DNA of 64,000 bases from Myxococcota bacterium (GTDB taxonomy: Bacteria; Myxococcota_A; UBA796; SXON01), in the NCBI GenBank assembly GCA_040386535.1, contig JAZKFH010000084.1, positions 9,191 to 73,190 of the forward strand, in the 5' to 3' direction. Positions 47,614-57,145 of the stretch are shown here, piece by piece (positions within the stretch are counted from its first letter, which is position 1; every line of letters begins with the position of its first letter). A model generated the notes under the pieces. The model ran no database searches, was not told where the DNA came from, and saw only the letters and a list, made by a program, of their open reading frames with translations. The position numbers and the translations under genes are program-made.

Positions 47614-49167
47614 ATGTTCCTCCTCCTCCTCCTGGTGGCTTGTGCCCCCCCCGCTGACGAGCCCGAGCCCGTACAAACGGAGTCGGCTCCCGCCGTGATG
47701 GACGTCGAGGTGGTGCCCGCCACGTTGGACTTCGGCGCGTTGGGGCTCGGAGAGTCGTCCACCTTGCCGGTGGCGATCTACAACCGCGGGGAGGGCCAGG
47801 TGGTGTTCTCCACCGCGTCGGCCAACTCCGACGCGATCGGGCTGGACGCCGCCTTCAACACCACGATCCCGCCGGGCGGGATGGCCGAGATGAGCGTCAC
47901 CTGGTCCCCCGTCTCGCCGGCCACGTTGTCCGACACGATCGCCGTGTCGATGCGCGGCGAGGACCAGCTGCAGGACCTGCAAATCGAGGCCACCGGCATC
48001 GCGAGCGGCCCGGCGCTCACGGTCTCGGTGACGGAGGCCGCGTTCGGCACGGTCAGCGTGGGGTGCGAGAGCGTGATGCCCATCACCCTCTCCAACGTGG
48101 GGACGAGCCCGCTCGTGATCGAGAACATCGCGCTCACCGCGGTGAGCGACATGGCGGTCCTCGGCGAGGAGGGGGAGCTCGCGCCGTTCCCGTGGACATT
48201 GGCGCCGTCCGAGTACCGCGAGGTCCACCTCGCCTACGCCCCGATGGACGAGGCCGTCGTCGCCAACATCCTCGAGATCACCTCGGACGACCCGCTGTCG
48301 CCCGTCACGAACGTGCGCGTGGGGGGCACGGGGCTCGTCGAGGAGGACGCCACGCTCCGCTACGAGGTGCTCCCGGCGCAGAACGTCACGGTGGTGTTCG
48401 CGCTGAACGCGATCGCCGTGCAGGATGCGCGCCTCGTCCCCGCGCTCCCCGTCTTCTTCGACACCCTGAGCGAGGGCCGGGCGGACTACCGCGTGTCGTT
48501 CCTGACCGATCAGGACGGGGTGGTCGTGGGGGACGAGCCGTACATCGACCAGACGATCTCGACGGACGAGGCGATGGAGATCGTGGACCGGATGTTGGCG
48601 CGCGCGGTCGAAGAGGGGGACAACGACTACCTGCTCCAGACCTTCGACAACGCCCTCGCGGTGAACCGCGCGTGGTTGTTGGACGAGAGCGAGGCGTGGG
48701 CGGCCTCCCGGCTCAACTTCATCGCGATGAACAGCGACCAGGAGCAGAGCCTCGGCAACGCCACGGTCTACGTCATGAGCTACCAGTCGTACAAGGAGCA
48801 GGCAGAGGACGTGGCCGTGCACGCGATCACGGGCGACTTCCCGCGCGGGTGTTCGGGCGCCGAGCCCGCCGAGCTGCTCTACAACGCCGCCACGGAGACG
48901 GACGGCACCTTCTTGAGCTGGTGCACCGCCGACTGGGCTCCTCACATGGAGGCCCTGGCGCTCGCCTCGCGCGGGCCGCAGCAGGTGTTCGCCGTCACGG
49001 GTGACCCGGCGGTGTGGAGCATCGAGGTGCGCCTCGACGGCGCGCGGCTACGGACCGGCTGGACCTACGACGAGGCGGCCCAGGCGATCGTGTTCGACGA
49101 GAGCGAGTACCCGAGCGACGGCTCCGAGGTCCGCATCGACTACATCATGGCCGTGGAGTGCCCGTGA
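47614..49167 (+). CDS. Lipoprotein with tandem choice-of-anchor-D/Ig-like domains and a vWA-like region
   Basis: LVAC lipobox; LDFG..IYNRG, FGTV..LSNVGTSPL, ITSDDP; C-terminal GWTYD..IVF. Confidence 0.78.
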   Translation: MFLLLLLVACAPPADEPEPVQTESAPAVMDVEVVPATLDFGALGLGESSTLPVAIYNRGEGQVVFSTASANSDAIGLDAAFNTTIPPGGMAEMSVTWSPVSPATLSDTIAVSMRGEDQLQDLQIEATGIASGPALTVSVTEAAFGTVSVGCESVMPITLSNVGTSPLVIENIALTAVSDMAVLGEEGELAPFPWTLAPSEYREVHLAYAPMDEAVVANILEITSDDPLSPVTNVRVGGTGLVEEDATLRYEVLPAQNVTVVFALNAIAVQDARLVPALPVFFDTLSEGRADYRVSFLTDQDGVVVGDEPYIDQTISTDEAMEIVDRMLARAVEEGDNDYLLQTFDNALAVNRAWLLDESEAWAASRLNFIAMNSDQEQSLGNATVYVMSYQSYKEQAEDVAVHAITGDFPRGCSGAEPAELLYNAATETDGTFLSWCTADWAPHMEALALASRGPQQVFAVTGDPAVWSIEVRLDGARLRTGWTYDEAAQAIVFDESEYPSDGSEVRIDYIMAVECP

Positions 49168-50303
49168 ACCTCGAACGGCTGCTGATCCTGGCGGTGCTCG
49201 GCTGCGCCGGCCCGGACACCGATTCCAAGGACACCGGCGCGGGAGACACCGATACGGACACCGACACCGATACGGACACCGACACGGACACGGACACCGA
49301 CACCGATGCGGACACGGACACCGACACGGACGCCGACACCGACACGCACGACTGGTGCGTCACCGCGAGCGTGACGTACGAGCACGAAGACACGACGCTC
49401 GTGGACGTGACCGAGTCGCTCCTCACCGGCGCCTACCTCACGCTGGACGTGCCGGGCACGCTCCACGTCTGCCCCGGCGTCTGGTTCGCGCGGATGCTCG
49501 TCCGCGCCGACGTGGCGGTGGTGGGCCACGGCGCCACGCCGGCGGACACGGTGTTGTCGGGCGGGGAGAGCGGCACGATCCTCGATGTGTCCGGCGCCGC
49601 GCTCTCGGTGCGCAACGTGACGCTCGATCGGGGCGCCGGGTTGGATGTCGAACACAACTCGGGCGGCGGCGGGGTGTACTGCGCGGACTTCGCCACGGTC
49701 ACCGTGGAGGACGCCGTGTTCACCAACAACCGTGCGAACGACGGCGCCGGGCTCTACGCCACCGACTGTGAGGTGGCCGTGAGCCGTGCCACCTTCTCCG
49801 ACAACGTCTCGGAGGACGACGGCGGCGCGTTCACCCTGTGGTACTCGAACGCCACGCTCACCGATGTCACGTTCACCCGGAACGAGGGGCTCGACGGCGG
49901 CGCGTTCGCGGTGTTCTACGGCACGGCAACCATCCGCGACTCGGTGTTCGCGGACAACACGGCCATCAACGTGGCCGGCGGCGCCTGGATCTACAACAGC
50001 ACGGTCACAATCGCGGACACGACGTTCGAGCGCAACACCAACCACAACGCCGACGGCGGCGGCCTGCTCCTGTACGGCACGGGCACGCTGGAGAACGTGG
50101 CCTTTACCGACAACGTGGCGCCGCGCGGCGGCGGGTTGTTCGTGTACTACGAGTCGGTCGTGCAAGGCACGGGGTGTGACTTCAGCGGCAACGTGGCCGA
50201 GGACATCTACGCGCCCAACTACACCGACGAGGGCGGCACCGCCTATTCCGCGGGCGCGGACGCCACGTTCTCGTGCGCGGAGAACGTCTGCGCGGGGCTG
50301 TGA
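49164..50303 (+). CDS. Lipoprotein with DT repeats and right-handed beta-helix (FxxN/GGA repeats)
   Basis: GTGA overlap; VLGC lipobox; FTNN..GAG, FSDN..GGA, FADN..GGA repeats. Confidence 0.82.
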   Translation: MNLERLLILAVLGCAGPDTDSKDTGAGDTDTDTDTDTDTDTDTDTDTDADTDTDTDADTDTHDWCVTASVTYEHEDTTLVDVTESLLTGAYLTLDVPGTLHVCPGVWFARMLVRADVAVVGHGATPADTVLSGGESGTILDVSGAALSVRNVTLDRGAGLDVEHNSGGGGVYCADFATVTVEDAVFTNNRANDGAGLYATDCEVAVSRATFSDNVSEDDGGAFTLWYSNATLTDVTFTRNEGLDGGAFAVFYGTATIRDSVFADNTAINVAGGAWIYNSTVTIADTTFERNTNHNADGGGLLLYGTGTLENVAFTDNVAPRGGGLFVYYESVVQGTGCDFSGNVAEDIYAPNYTDEGGTAYSAGADATFSCAENVCAGL

Positions 50304-50324
50304 GCGGGGCCCGATCGAAGCCGG

Positions 50325-50405
50325 GCCGAGGTGACACCGGGGCGCGGCGGCGCCGCTCTGGGCGCCGGGCACCGCGCCCAGCGTCGGTCGCCCAGACATC
50401 TCTCG
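50325..50405 (+). repeat. Left arm of a long-range inverted repeat (partner 54584-54665)
   Basis: 50368-50396 is the exact reverse complement of 54594-54622. Confidence 0.8.
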
Positions 50406-50429
50406 CCTGAAGTCAGGTCAGAAGTCGGG

Positions 50430-50789
50430 TCACCGCCGGAAGAACGAGACCTGCTGGAACCGCAACCCCGTCAGGATCTGCTCCACGCGCGCCTCGGAGA
50501 GCGCCCCGATGCGCTCGCCCAGCCGGGCCTTGTCCACCGATGACACCTGCGACACGATGACGACGCTGTGGCGTGTCAGGTTTCCTTCGCCGGGGTCGAG
50601 CAGCACGTTTCCGGGCTCGTTGGCGCGGTGCAGGTTCGAGGTGAGCGCGCACACGATGACGGTGTCGAGGCGCGAGTGGTTGAAAACGTCGTCCTGGAGC
50701 ACCACGTGGGGGTGCGGGTGGCCGGGGATGGAGCCGCGCGCGTCGTCGGGGGCGATCCAGAACAGGTCGCCGCGGTGGATGGTGGTCAC
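50430..50789 (-). CDS. PemK/MazF family endoribonuclease toxin
   Basis: IHRGDLFW, HPHVVLQDDVFN, VIVCALTSN, GNVLL, SVVIVSQV..VDK..L.ERIG.L. Confidence 0.9.
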   Translation of the reverse strand: MTTIHRGDLFWIAPDDARGSIPGHPHPHVVLQDDVFNHSRLDTVIVCALTSNLHRANEPGNVLLDPGEGNLTRHSVVIVSQVSSVDKARLGERIGALSEARVEQILTGLRFQQVSFFRR

Positions 50790-52495
50790 TTGTCCCCCGT
50801 TCCTGCCGAACGGAGCAGCAGCGCCTCGCGGCCCGCCGACTCGGGGGCGCGCCAGACCACCTCCCAGCTCGCCGCCACGGGCTCGGTCGGGGCCACGACG
50901 ACCACGAGCCACTTGACCCCGCGGGCCCGGCTGCCGTTGTGGAGCAGCCGCGTGCACTCCTTGCTGAGCGCGCCGGCGTTGGTGTTCTTCGTGTCGACGG
51001 GGTGCGGGTACAAACGCATGCGCAAGCCGGCGCGCGCACAGTCGACCACGGTGTCCGTGTCTTCGAGGCGCGGCATCAGCGCGGTGCGGAGGTGCCCGAA
51101 GGTGCTGGGGCCTTCGAGGAGCGAGCCCGGATCCACGCTGCGGCCGGTGTGCGCGCGCACCCAGAGGGTGCCCGGCCACACGCTCCACGCGACGGCCAAC
51201 ACCCCCACCATGGCGACGACCGTGGCGCCGCCCAGCGCCCGCCGACGCCCCGCCGCCCGCGCGAGCCAGGCCAGGGCCGCCGCGCCGAGCAGCGCCAACA
51301 GGGGCGCGAGCGGCACGAAGTAGCGGTGCTGGCCGCCGATGAGCGCGAGGCTCGGCAGCGTCGGGAGCAGCGGCAGCAGCAGGAACGCGCGGCCGCCGCG
51401 CGCGACGAGCAGGCCCAGCCCGACCAGCAGTGTGAGGGCGGAGAGCTCGATCGGGAGCGCCGCGGCGCCGACGGCGAGGTTGCCCGCGAGCGTGGTGCGC
51501 CCGCACTCGCCGAAGACCTCGGCCAGCGTCGGGAGCGTGTCGCCCTGCGGATCACAGGCGCCCACGCCCTCGCGCGCGTTGAGGTCACGCTGGAGCGCCA
51601 CCTGCTCGGTGAGCGGCACGAGGCGGACCGGCAACGCGCCGAGCAGACCGGCGCCGGTCAGGGTGGTGGCGAGGGCCAGCCCGCCGACGACGGCGACGCG
51701 GCGGAGGCGCTCGCGCGGCCACGCGTTCTCCGAGCGCGGCACGGCGGCCAGGAGCGCCGCGAGCACCACCGCCACCGCGAAGGGCACCCCGCGCAGATCG
51801 GTGGCGATGGCGAGGCCGAGCGCGATCCCGGCGGGCACGACGAGCACCGGGCGCTTCTGGCTCGCGACGGTGAGCGCGATGCCGAGGGTGCCGGTGGCGG
51901 CGAGCAGCGCGTAGGGCGTGCTGTAGACGGCGAACAGGCGCAAATCGGCCCAGCCCGCGAGGAGCGCGGTGGCGAGGAGCGCGGGCCAGCGGCCGAGCAA
52001 CATCCGGCCGATCCACCACGTGAGCGGCACCAGCGCGGTGGCGCAGAGCAGGGAGAGGTGCTGCGAGGCCGCGATGAGCCCGCTGGAGAGGGGCACGAGC
52101 GCGAGGCACGCCCACGCGTGCAGGGGCCCGCGCCAGTCGTGGTACTGCGCCCACTCGCGGTCGCCCGCGGCCACGGCGTTGCCGAGGTAGGCGAACCAGT
52201 CGGTGCCGGCGGGCTGGTCGGGGTTGCCGAGCGGCACGACGGCCGCGAAGAAGGCGAGCGTGAGCAGGGTGACGACGAGCGTGTCCACCCACGCGGGCAC
52301 CGTGCGGGTCGGGGTGGGCGCGCCGAACCGGTCTGTCGCCCGCAGCGCCACGAGCAGCACCAGCCCGACGAGCAGCGCGGCCTCCGCCGGACGCAGGCCG
52401 CCGAGCGAAAGGGCGCCGCCGAGCGCGGCCACGGCCAGCAGCAGCGCGGGGATCGGAGCGGGAGGCCCGTCGTCCTGGGGGTGGTCGCCGGACAT
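50786..52495 (-). CDS. Polytopic membrane protein, GT-C fold glycosyltransferase-like
   Basis: More than 10 TM segments; DWFAY, WRGPLH, HRYFVPLAP. Confidence 0.7.
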   Translation of the reverse strand: MSGDHPQDDGPPAPIPALLLAVAALGGALSLGGLRPAEAALLVGLVLLVALRATDRFGAPTPTRTVPAWVDTLVVTLLTLAFFAAVVPLGNPDQPAGTDWFAYLGNAVAAGDREWAQYHDWRGPLHAWACLALVPLSSGLIAASQHLSLLCATALVPLTWWIGRMLLGRWPALLATALLAGWADLRLFAVYSTPYALLAATGTLGIALTVASQKRPVLVVPAGIALGLAIATDLRGVPFAVAVVLAALLAAVPRSENAWPRERLRRVAVVGGLALATTLTGAGLLGALPVRLVPLTEQVALQRDLNAREGVGACDPQGDTLPTLAEVFGECGRTTLAGNLAVGAAALPIELSALTLLVGLGLLVARGGRAFLLLPLLPTLPSLALIGGQHRYFVPLAPLLALLGAAALAWLARAAGRRRALGGATVVAMVGVLAVAWSVWPGTLWVRAHTGRSVDPGSLLEGPSTFGHLRTALMPRLEDTDTVVDCARAGLRMRLYPHPVDTKNTNAGALSKECTRLLHNGSRARGVKWLVVVVAPTEPVAASWEVVWRAPESAGREALLLRSAGTGDK

Positions 52496-52529
52496 CGCGA
52501 CGGGCGTAACGGGTCGCGGCGCCCGTGGG

Positions 52530-52880
52530 TCAGCTGGCGACGACGATCCCCGCGAACGCGAGCACCGGCAGCACGGCGCAGCCCGCGGCCGCGGCGAGGC
52601 CGCTGAGCAGCACCTGCACGAGCGGGTGCAGCTTCAGCGTGGCGGTGAGCATCGCCATCGCCGTGCCCGCGGCGGCCATGCCCCAGAAGGGAGAGGAGAA
52701 GAACGCGATGAACTGCGGATCCTCGGGGGTGTCCCACGCGAAGGCGGTGAAGGCGGCGCTGCACATGCCGACGACCAGGTCGAGCGCGAGCCAGGTCGCC
52801 AACACGCCGAAGCGGGCGAACAGGCCCATCCGGGTGGTGGGGACCGCGTCGGTGGGGAAGCCGTAGGGATCGAGGGGCAC
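52530..52880 (-). CDS. Small membrane protein
   Basis: Three hydrophobic helices; fills the gap in a minus-strand operon. Confidence 0.65.
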   Translation of the reverse strand: MPLDPYGFPTDAVPTTRMGLFARFGVLATWLALDLVVGMCSAAFTAFAWDTPEDPQFIAFFSSPFWGMAAAGTAMAMLTATLKLHPLVQVLLSGLAAAAGCAVLPVLAFAGIVVAS

Positions 52881-52888
52881 GGGGGGGC

Positions 52889-54541
52889 TTATCCGCCTGC
52901 TTCCACGATCACCGGGACCGACGACGCGTCGGGACCCTCGACGGACCGGAGAATGCGGCCGATCGTCGCGAGCCAGGCCGCGGGGGCGTCGGCCCACATG
53001 AGGACGTTGACGTCGGTGGTCCCGGTCGTCCCGTAGTACCGGGCGCTCTGGCCGCGGAACCCACCCCAGCTCGAGCAGTCCGCGAGGAGGAGGCGTGGGG
53101 TGCCGCTGAGGCGGTACGACGTGTCCCGGCAGGCGGGGCGGTCCTCCTCGGCACGGGCGCGCGCCTCGGCGGCCTTCAGCGACAGCGGGCCCTCCGCGTA
53201 CGGCGCGAACGTGACGCCCACGACGGCGGGATCGTAGTAGAGCGCGCCCGCCTCGGCCTCGCCCGCGACGGACGCGCCGAAGAGCCCCTTGGGGACGCTC
53301 ACCCGCCGCGGGGCCGCGAGGGGCCCGAGCTCCGCCGGAATCGACACCGTCGCGCCCTCCCACGTGTGCTCGATCAGGACCGGCGCCCGCACGAGCGCCC
53401 AGGGGCGCCCCACCCCGATCGCGGTCACCCCCGCCACGCCGAGCGCGATCCCGCTCGCGACCGCCAACCCGCGCAGGGCCCGGCTCTGCGGCGGCGCCAT
53501 CCCGCTCTCCAGGCCCCGGAGCAGGAGCCCGCTCCCGACGAGCGCCACTCCGACCAGCCCGCCGCCGAGGTGCGCGAACAGGTCGACGCCCCCGGAGATG
53601 GAGGCCAGCGAATTGACCACCAGGTTCTTCGCCACCCTGCCACGCGCGCTCCTGACGTAGCGCCGCTCGACGAGGTGGGCGTGGCGCCACAACACGACGA
53701 CCTCGGCCACGCCCAGCCCCCAGAGCCCGCTCGACGCGCCCGCGGAGACCCCGCCGGTGAACAGGGCGGAGAGCACGCTGCCGCCGATCACCGAGAGCAC
53801 GTAGAGCACGAGGAAACGTGACGGGCCGAGGAGGCGTTCGAGCAGGTGCCCGAGCCACACGAGCCCCACGACGTTGAGGAACAGGTGCAGCGCGCCGATG
53901 TGCAGCAGCGACGAGGACAACGAGCGCCAGGGCTCCGAGAGGTTGGCGCCCGGCACGCTCGCGCCCATCCGCACGAGCGTCGGCACGAACTCGGACCCGC
54001 CCCACACCGTCTGGAGCACGAACATCCCCACGAGCACCGCCGCGAGCACCGGGGTGACGAGGAGCGGCCGGTGTTCGCCGGGCAGCGGCACGTCCTCGGG
54101 GTGCTCGGGCAGCTCGGGGCGCGCCTCGTCGTCGGCGGGGTCGACGCTGTCGGGGTCCATCGCCGGCTCATGCGCCAGGTTTCCCAGCTCCTTGGCGAGC
54201 CAGCCGTGTGTCCACGTGCCCTCGCTCCAGACCGTGCCGTCCTCCGCGAGGTGCGAGCGGATGCCCCAGTGCCGCGCCCCGGTGCCGAGATCGGCGCCCC
54301 GGAGCGCACCTTTCGCCGCGCGCCCACCGCCGACGAGCACGATGTGCAGGCGCCGGCCCCGCACGCTCTCCACGACCGCGCGCGCGTTGGGCGGCAGCGC
54401 CTGGCCGTGCGCGGCGAGCAGCACCACGGCGTCGTCCCCGATGCGCACGCCGAAGGCATCCGCGGACTTGTGGATGACGTAGCCGTCGTGATGCGCGATC
54501 AGGCGGTGGAGCGCACGGAGGAGGGGGTCGGGGAGCGGCAT
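52889..54541 (-). CDS. Rhomboid family intramembrane serine protease with extra N- and C-terminal domains
   Basis: EPWR, LLHIGALHLFLN, SAGASSG, AHLGG. Confidence 0.9.
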   Translation of the reverse strand: MPLPDPLLRALHRLIAHHDGYVIHKSADAFGVRIGDDAVVLLAAHGQALPPNARAVVESVRGRRLHIVLVGGGRAAKGALRGADLGTGARHWGIRSHLAEDGTVWSEGTWTHGWLAKELGNLAHEPAMDPDSVDPADDEARPELPEHPEDVPLPGEHRPLLVTPVLAAVLVGMFVLQTVWGGSEFVPTLVRMGASVPGANLSEPWRSLSSSLLHIGALHLFLNVVGLVWLGHLLERLLGPSRFLVLYVLSVIGGSVLSALFTGGVSAGASSGLWGLGVAEVVVLWRHAHLVERRYVRSARGRVAKNLVVNSLASISGGVDLFAHLGGGLVGVALVGSGLLLRGLESGMAPPQSRALRGLAVASGIALGVAGVTAIGVGRPWALVRAPVLIEHTWEGATVSIPAELGPLAAPRRVSVPKGLFGASVAGEAEAGALYYDPAVVGVTFAPYAEGPLSLKAAEARARAEEDRPACRDTSYRLSGTPRLLLADCSSWGGFRGQSARYYGTTGTTDVNVLMWADAPAAWLATIGRILRSVEGPDASSVPVIVEAGG

Positions 54542-54583
54542 CGGGCGGAGGATACTCCGGCGGGGGGCGGGATCGCGTGGATC

Positions 54584-54665
54584 CGAGAGGATCTCTGGGC
54601 GACCGACGCTGGGCGCGGTGCCTCGGCGCGCCGAGCCGCGCCGACCGCGCCCGGTGGACATCGCG
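54584..54665 (-). repeat. Right arm of the long-range inverted repeat
   Basis: See 50325-50405. Confidence 0.8.
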
Positions 54666-54716
54666 GTGCGACGGGGGCGCGGCGGGTGCGTACATTCCTG
54701 CACCCGGAGCCTGCCC

Positions 54717-55661
54717 ATGCCGAAGATCGGAATGTCCGACTTGGAGATCTTCCCCCTCGCGCTCGGGGGCAACCCCTTCGGCTGGACCGCCGATACACCC
54801 GCCGCCGAGGCCATCCTGGACGGTTTCGTGGCCGGAGGCGGCAACTTCGTCGACACCGCCGACGCCTACTCGGCCTGGGCCCCCGGCAACCAGGGCGGCG
54901 AGTCCGAGACGATCCTCGGCGCGTGGATGAAGGCGCGCGGGAACCGCGGCCGCATGGTGATCGCCACCAAGGTGGGCGCGCACCCGAAGTTCAAGGGGCT
55001 CGCCGCCGCCACCATCCTCGCGGCCGCCGATGCGTCGCTGAAGCGGCTCCAGACAGACCGCATCGACCTGTACTACGCGCACTTCGACGACCCGGGCACG
55101 CCGTTGCTCGAGACGCTGGGCGCGTTCGACCAGCTCGTCCGCGCCGGAAAGGTGCGCCACGTCGGCATCTCCAACTACACCCCCGACCGCATCGCCGCGT
55201 GGCTCCGCATCGCGCGCGCGCACGGGTTCGCGCTCCCCGTGGCGCTGCAACCCCACTACAACCTCGTGCACCGCGGCTTGTTCGAGCGTGATCTCGCGCC
55301 GTTGGCGGCGGAGAACCACCTCGCGGTGTTTCCCTACTACTCGCTGGCGAGCGGGTTTCTCACCGGCAAGTATCGCTCCGCGGAGGACGCCCGCGGCGCC
55401 GCGCGGGGGAGCGCCGTGGCGAAGTACCTGACGAACGAGGGCTTCGGGGTCATCGACGCCCTCGCCGCCGTGGCGCAGGCGCATGGCGCCTCCATCACGA
55501 CGGTCGCGCTCGCGTGGCTGCTGGCGAAGCCCGCGATCACCGCGCCGCTCGCGAGTGTGTCACGGCCCTCCCAACTCTCGGACCTGCTGGCCGCCGCGCG
55601 GCTCCGCCTGACGCCGGACGAGGTCACCCGGCTGGACGAGGCCTCGGCGTCGTTCGCCTGA
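54717..55661 (+). CDS. Aldo/keto reductase
   Basis: LGGNPFGW, DTADAY, IATKVG, SLKRLQTDRIDLYYAH, GISNY, QPHYNL. Confidence 0.95.
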   Translation: MPKIGMSDLEIFPLALGGNPFGWTADTPAAEAILDGFVAGGGNFVDTADAYSAWAPGNQGGESETILGAWMKARGNRGRMVIATKVGAHPKFKGLAAATILAAADASLKRLQTDRIDLYYAHFDDPGTPLLETLGAFDQLVRAGKVRHVGISNYTPDRIAAWLRIARAHGFALPVALQPHYNLVHRGLFERDLAPLAAENHLAVFPYYSLASGFLTGKYRSAEDARGAARGSAVAKYLTNEGFGVIDALAAVAQAHGASITTVALAWLLAKPAITAPLASVSRPSQLSDLLAAARLRLTPDEVTRLDEASASFA

Positions 55662-55676
55662 CGTGCGGCGCTAGTG

Positions 55677-56048
55677 TCACTCCTCGGGCTCTTCGCACAG
55701 CCCGGTCGTCAGGTTGCACGTAGCGGGCCCCGTGCCGGGCGTGTTGCACTTCGCCGAGTTCACCAGGCCACAGGTGTCGTGCTTGTCGATGTAGGGCCCC
55801 GCCTCGTCCGCGAGCGCGTCGAGGTCGGCGTCGTCCGGGAACGCGTGGAAACATTGGAACGCGCCGACGTTGCCGCCGTCGGGGATGATGTCGGCCATCG
55901 CCACCACGACACAGGTGGTGTCGCTGTCGCACGCCTGGAACGACTGCCGCAGCGCGACCGCGTTCTCCGCCACGGTGGCGCAGGTGCCTACCTCGGAGGC
56001 GGGGCAGGCGGTGAGGAGGAGACAGAGGGGGAGCAAGAGTCGGGTCAT
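55677..56048 (-). CDS. Small Cys-rich lipoprotein
   Basis: MTRLLLPLCLLLTAC; 8 further Cys. Confidence 0.75.
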   Translation of the reverse strand: MTRLLLPLCLLLTACPASEVGTCATVAENAVALRQSFQACDSDTTCVVVAMADIIPDGGNVGAFQCFHAFPDDADLDALADEAGPYIDKHDTCGLVNSAKCNTPGTGPATCNLTTGLCEEPEE

Positions 56049-56092
56049 GGAACGCTCGGGTGCAGGGACCACAGCAAGGGGCGTGCCTGAGG

Positions 56093-56153
56093 TGATACAT
56101 CTGATACATGGGCGCCGGATGTATCGGTGATACATCTGGCGCCGAATGTATCA
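56093..56153. promoter_or_regulatory. Array of five (T)GATACAT half-sites between divergent genes
   Basis: TGATACAT at 56093, 56102, 56128; ATGTATC at 56119, 56146. Confidence 0.6.
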
Positions 56154-56199
56154 GTCCGGCCGGTGTGCTACCGTGCGGCCACCCGGCTCCGGAGCGTCT

Positions 56200-57117
56200 A
56201 TGTGGTTCCTTTCGCTGCTCGCGGCGACCGCCTCCGCTGCCGACCCGCTCGCGACGCCCGAGGCCGACGAGGTGATGCGGCTCACCCGGGCCGCGCTCGC
56301 GGGTGACACGACGGCGCTGCCGCTGCTCGCCGCGCAGTGTGACGCGGGCGTGGGGTTCGCGTGTGGCAACCTCGCGTCGCTGTTGCGCAAGGGGGTGGGC
56401 GGCCCCGCCCGGGTAGCGGAGACGACGGCGCTGCTGGAGAAGGGGTGCACGGCGGGCTGGGCACTCGCGTGCGGCGACCTCGGCTTCGTGCTGGCGAGGG
56501 GGGAGGGGGTGCCCGCCGATCCCGAGCGCGGCTATCGATACACGCGCGAGGCGTGCGAGAAGGGCTACGCGCCGAGCTGCGGGGAGGCGGCGGACATGCT
56601 GGTGTCCGGGTACGGCGTCGCGGCGGACGCGGTGGCGGCCCGCGGGCTGTTCGAACGCGCGTGTGCCGGCCAGTCGTGGAGCTTCTGCACCAAGGTGGGC
56701 GGCGTGTACGAGCAGGGCATCGGCGGCGCTGTCGACCTGCTGAAGGCCGAGGACGCGTACCTCGCGGCGTGCACCCACGGCCAGGCCGAGGCGTGCGGGC
56801 GCCTCCCCTGGGTGGTCGGCGCTCAGGGCGACCCGGAGCGGGCCTTCCGCGTCTCCGAGGAGCTGTGCAAGCAGGCGATCGCGCACGCTTGCGTCTGGTC
56901 TGGCACCTCGTTGCGCAAGGGCCAGGGCACGGCGGTCGACGCCAAGGCGGCCGCGGTCCGCTACGGCCAGGCGTGTGACGCGAAAGAGGCGCTCGGCTGC
57001 GCGGGCATCGCGGCGCTCCACCTCGAGGCGGGGCGGGATGCCAAGGCGAAGGTGGCGCTGGAGAAGGCGTGTGCGTTGGGGATGACGGCGGTTTGTGACG
57101 GGGCGGGGGGGAAGTAG
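56200..57117 (+). CDS. Secreted Sel1-like Cys-rich repeat protein
   Basis: Signal peptide; repeated AC..G....C..LG..Y..G.G units. Confidence 0.9.
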   Translation: MWFLSLLAATASAADPLATPEADEVMRLTRAALAGDTTALPLLAAQCDAGVGFACGNLASLLRKGVGGPARVAETTALLEKGCTAGWALACGDLGFVLARGEGVPADPERGYRYTREACEKGYAPSCGEAADMLVSGYGVAADAVAARGLFERACAGQSWSFCTKVGGVYEQGIGGAVDLLKAEDAYLAACTHGQAEACGRLPWVVGAQGDPERAFRVSEELCKQAIAHACVWSGTSLRKGQGTAVDAKAAAVRYGQACDAKEALGCAGIAALHLEAGRDAKAKVALEKACALGMTAVCDGAGGK

Positions 57118-57145
57118 ACGGCGCAGGGGGCAGGCCCTGCGGGAT

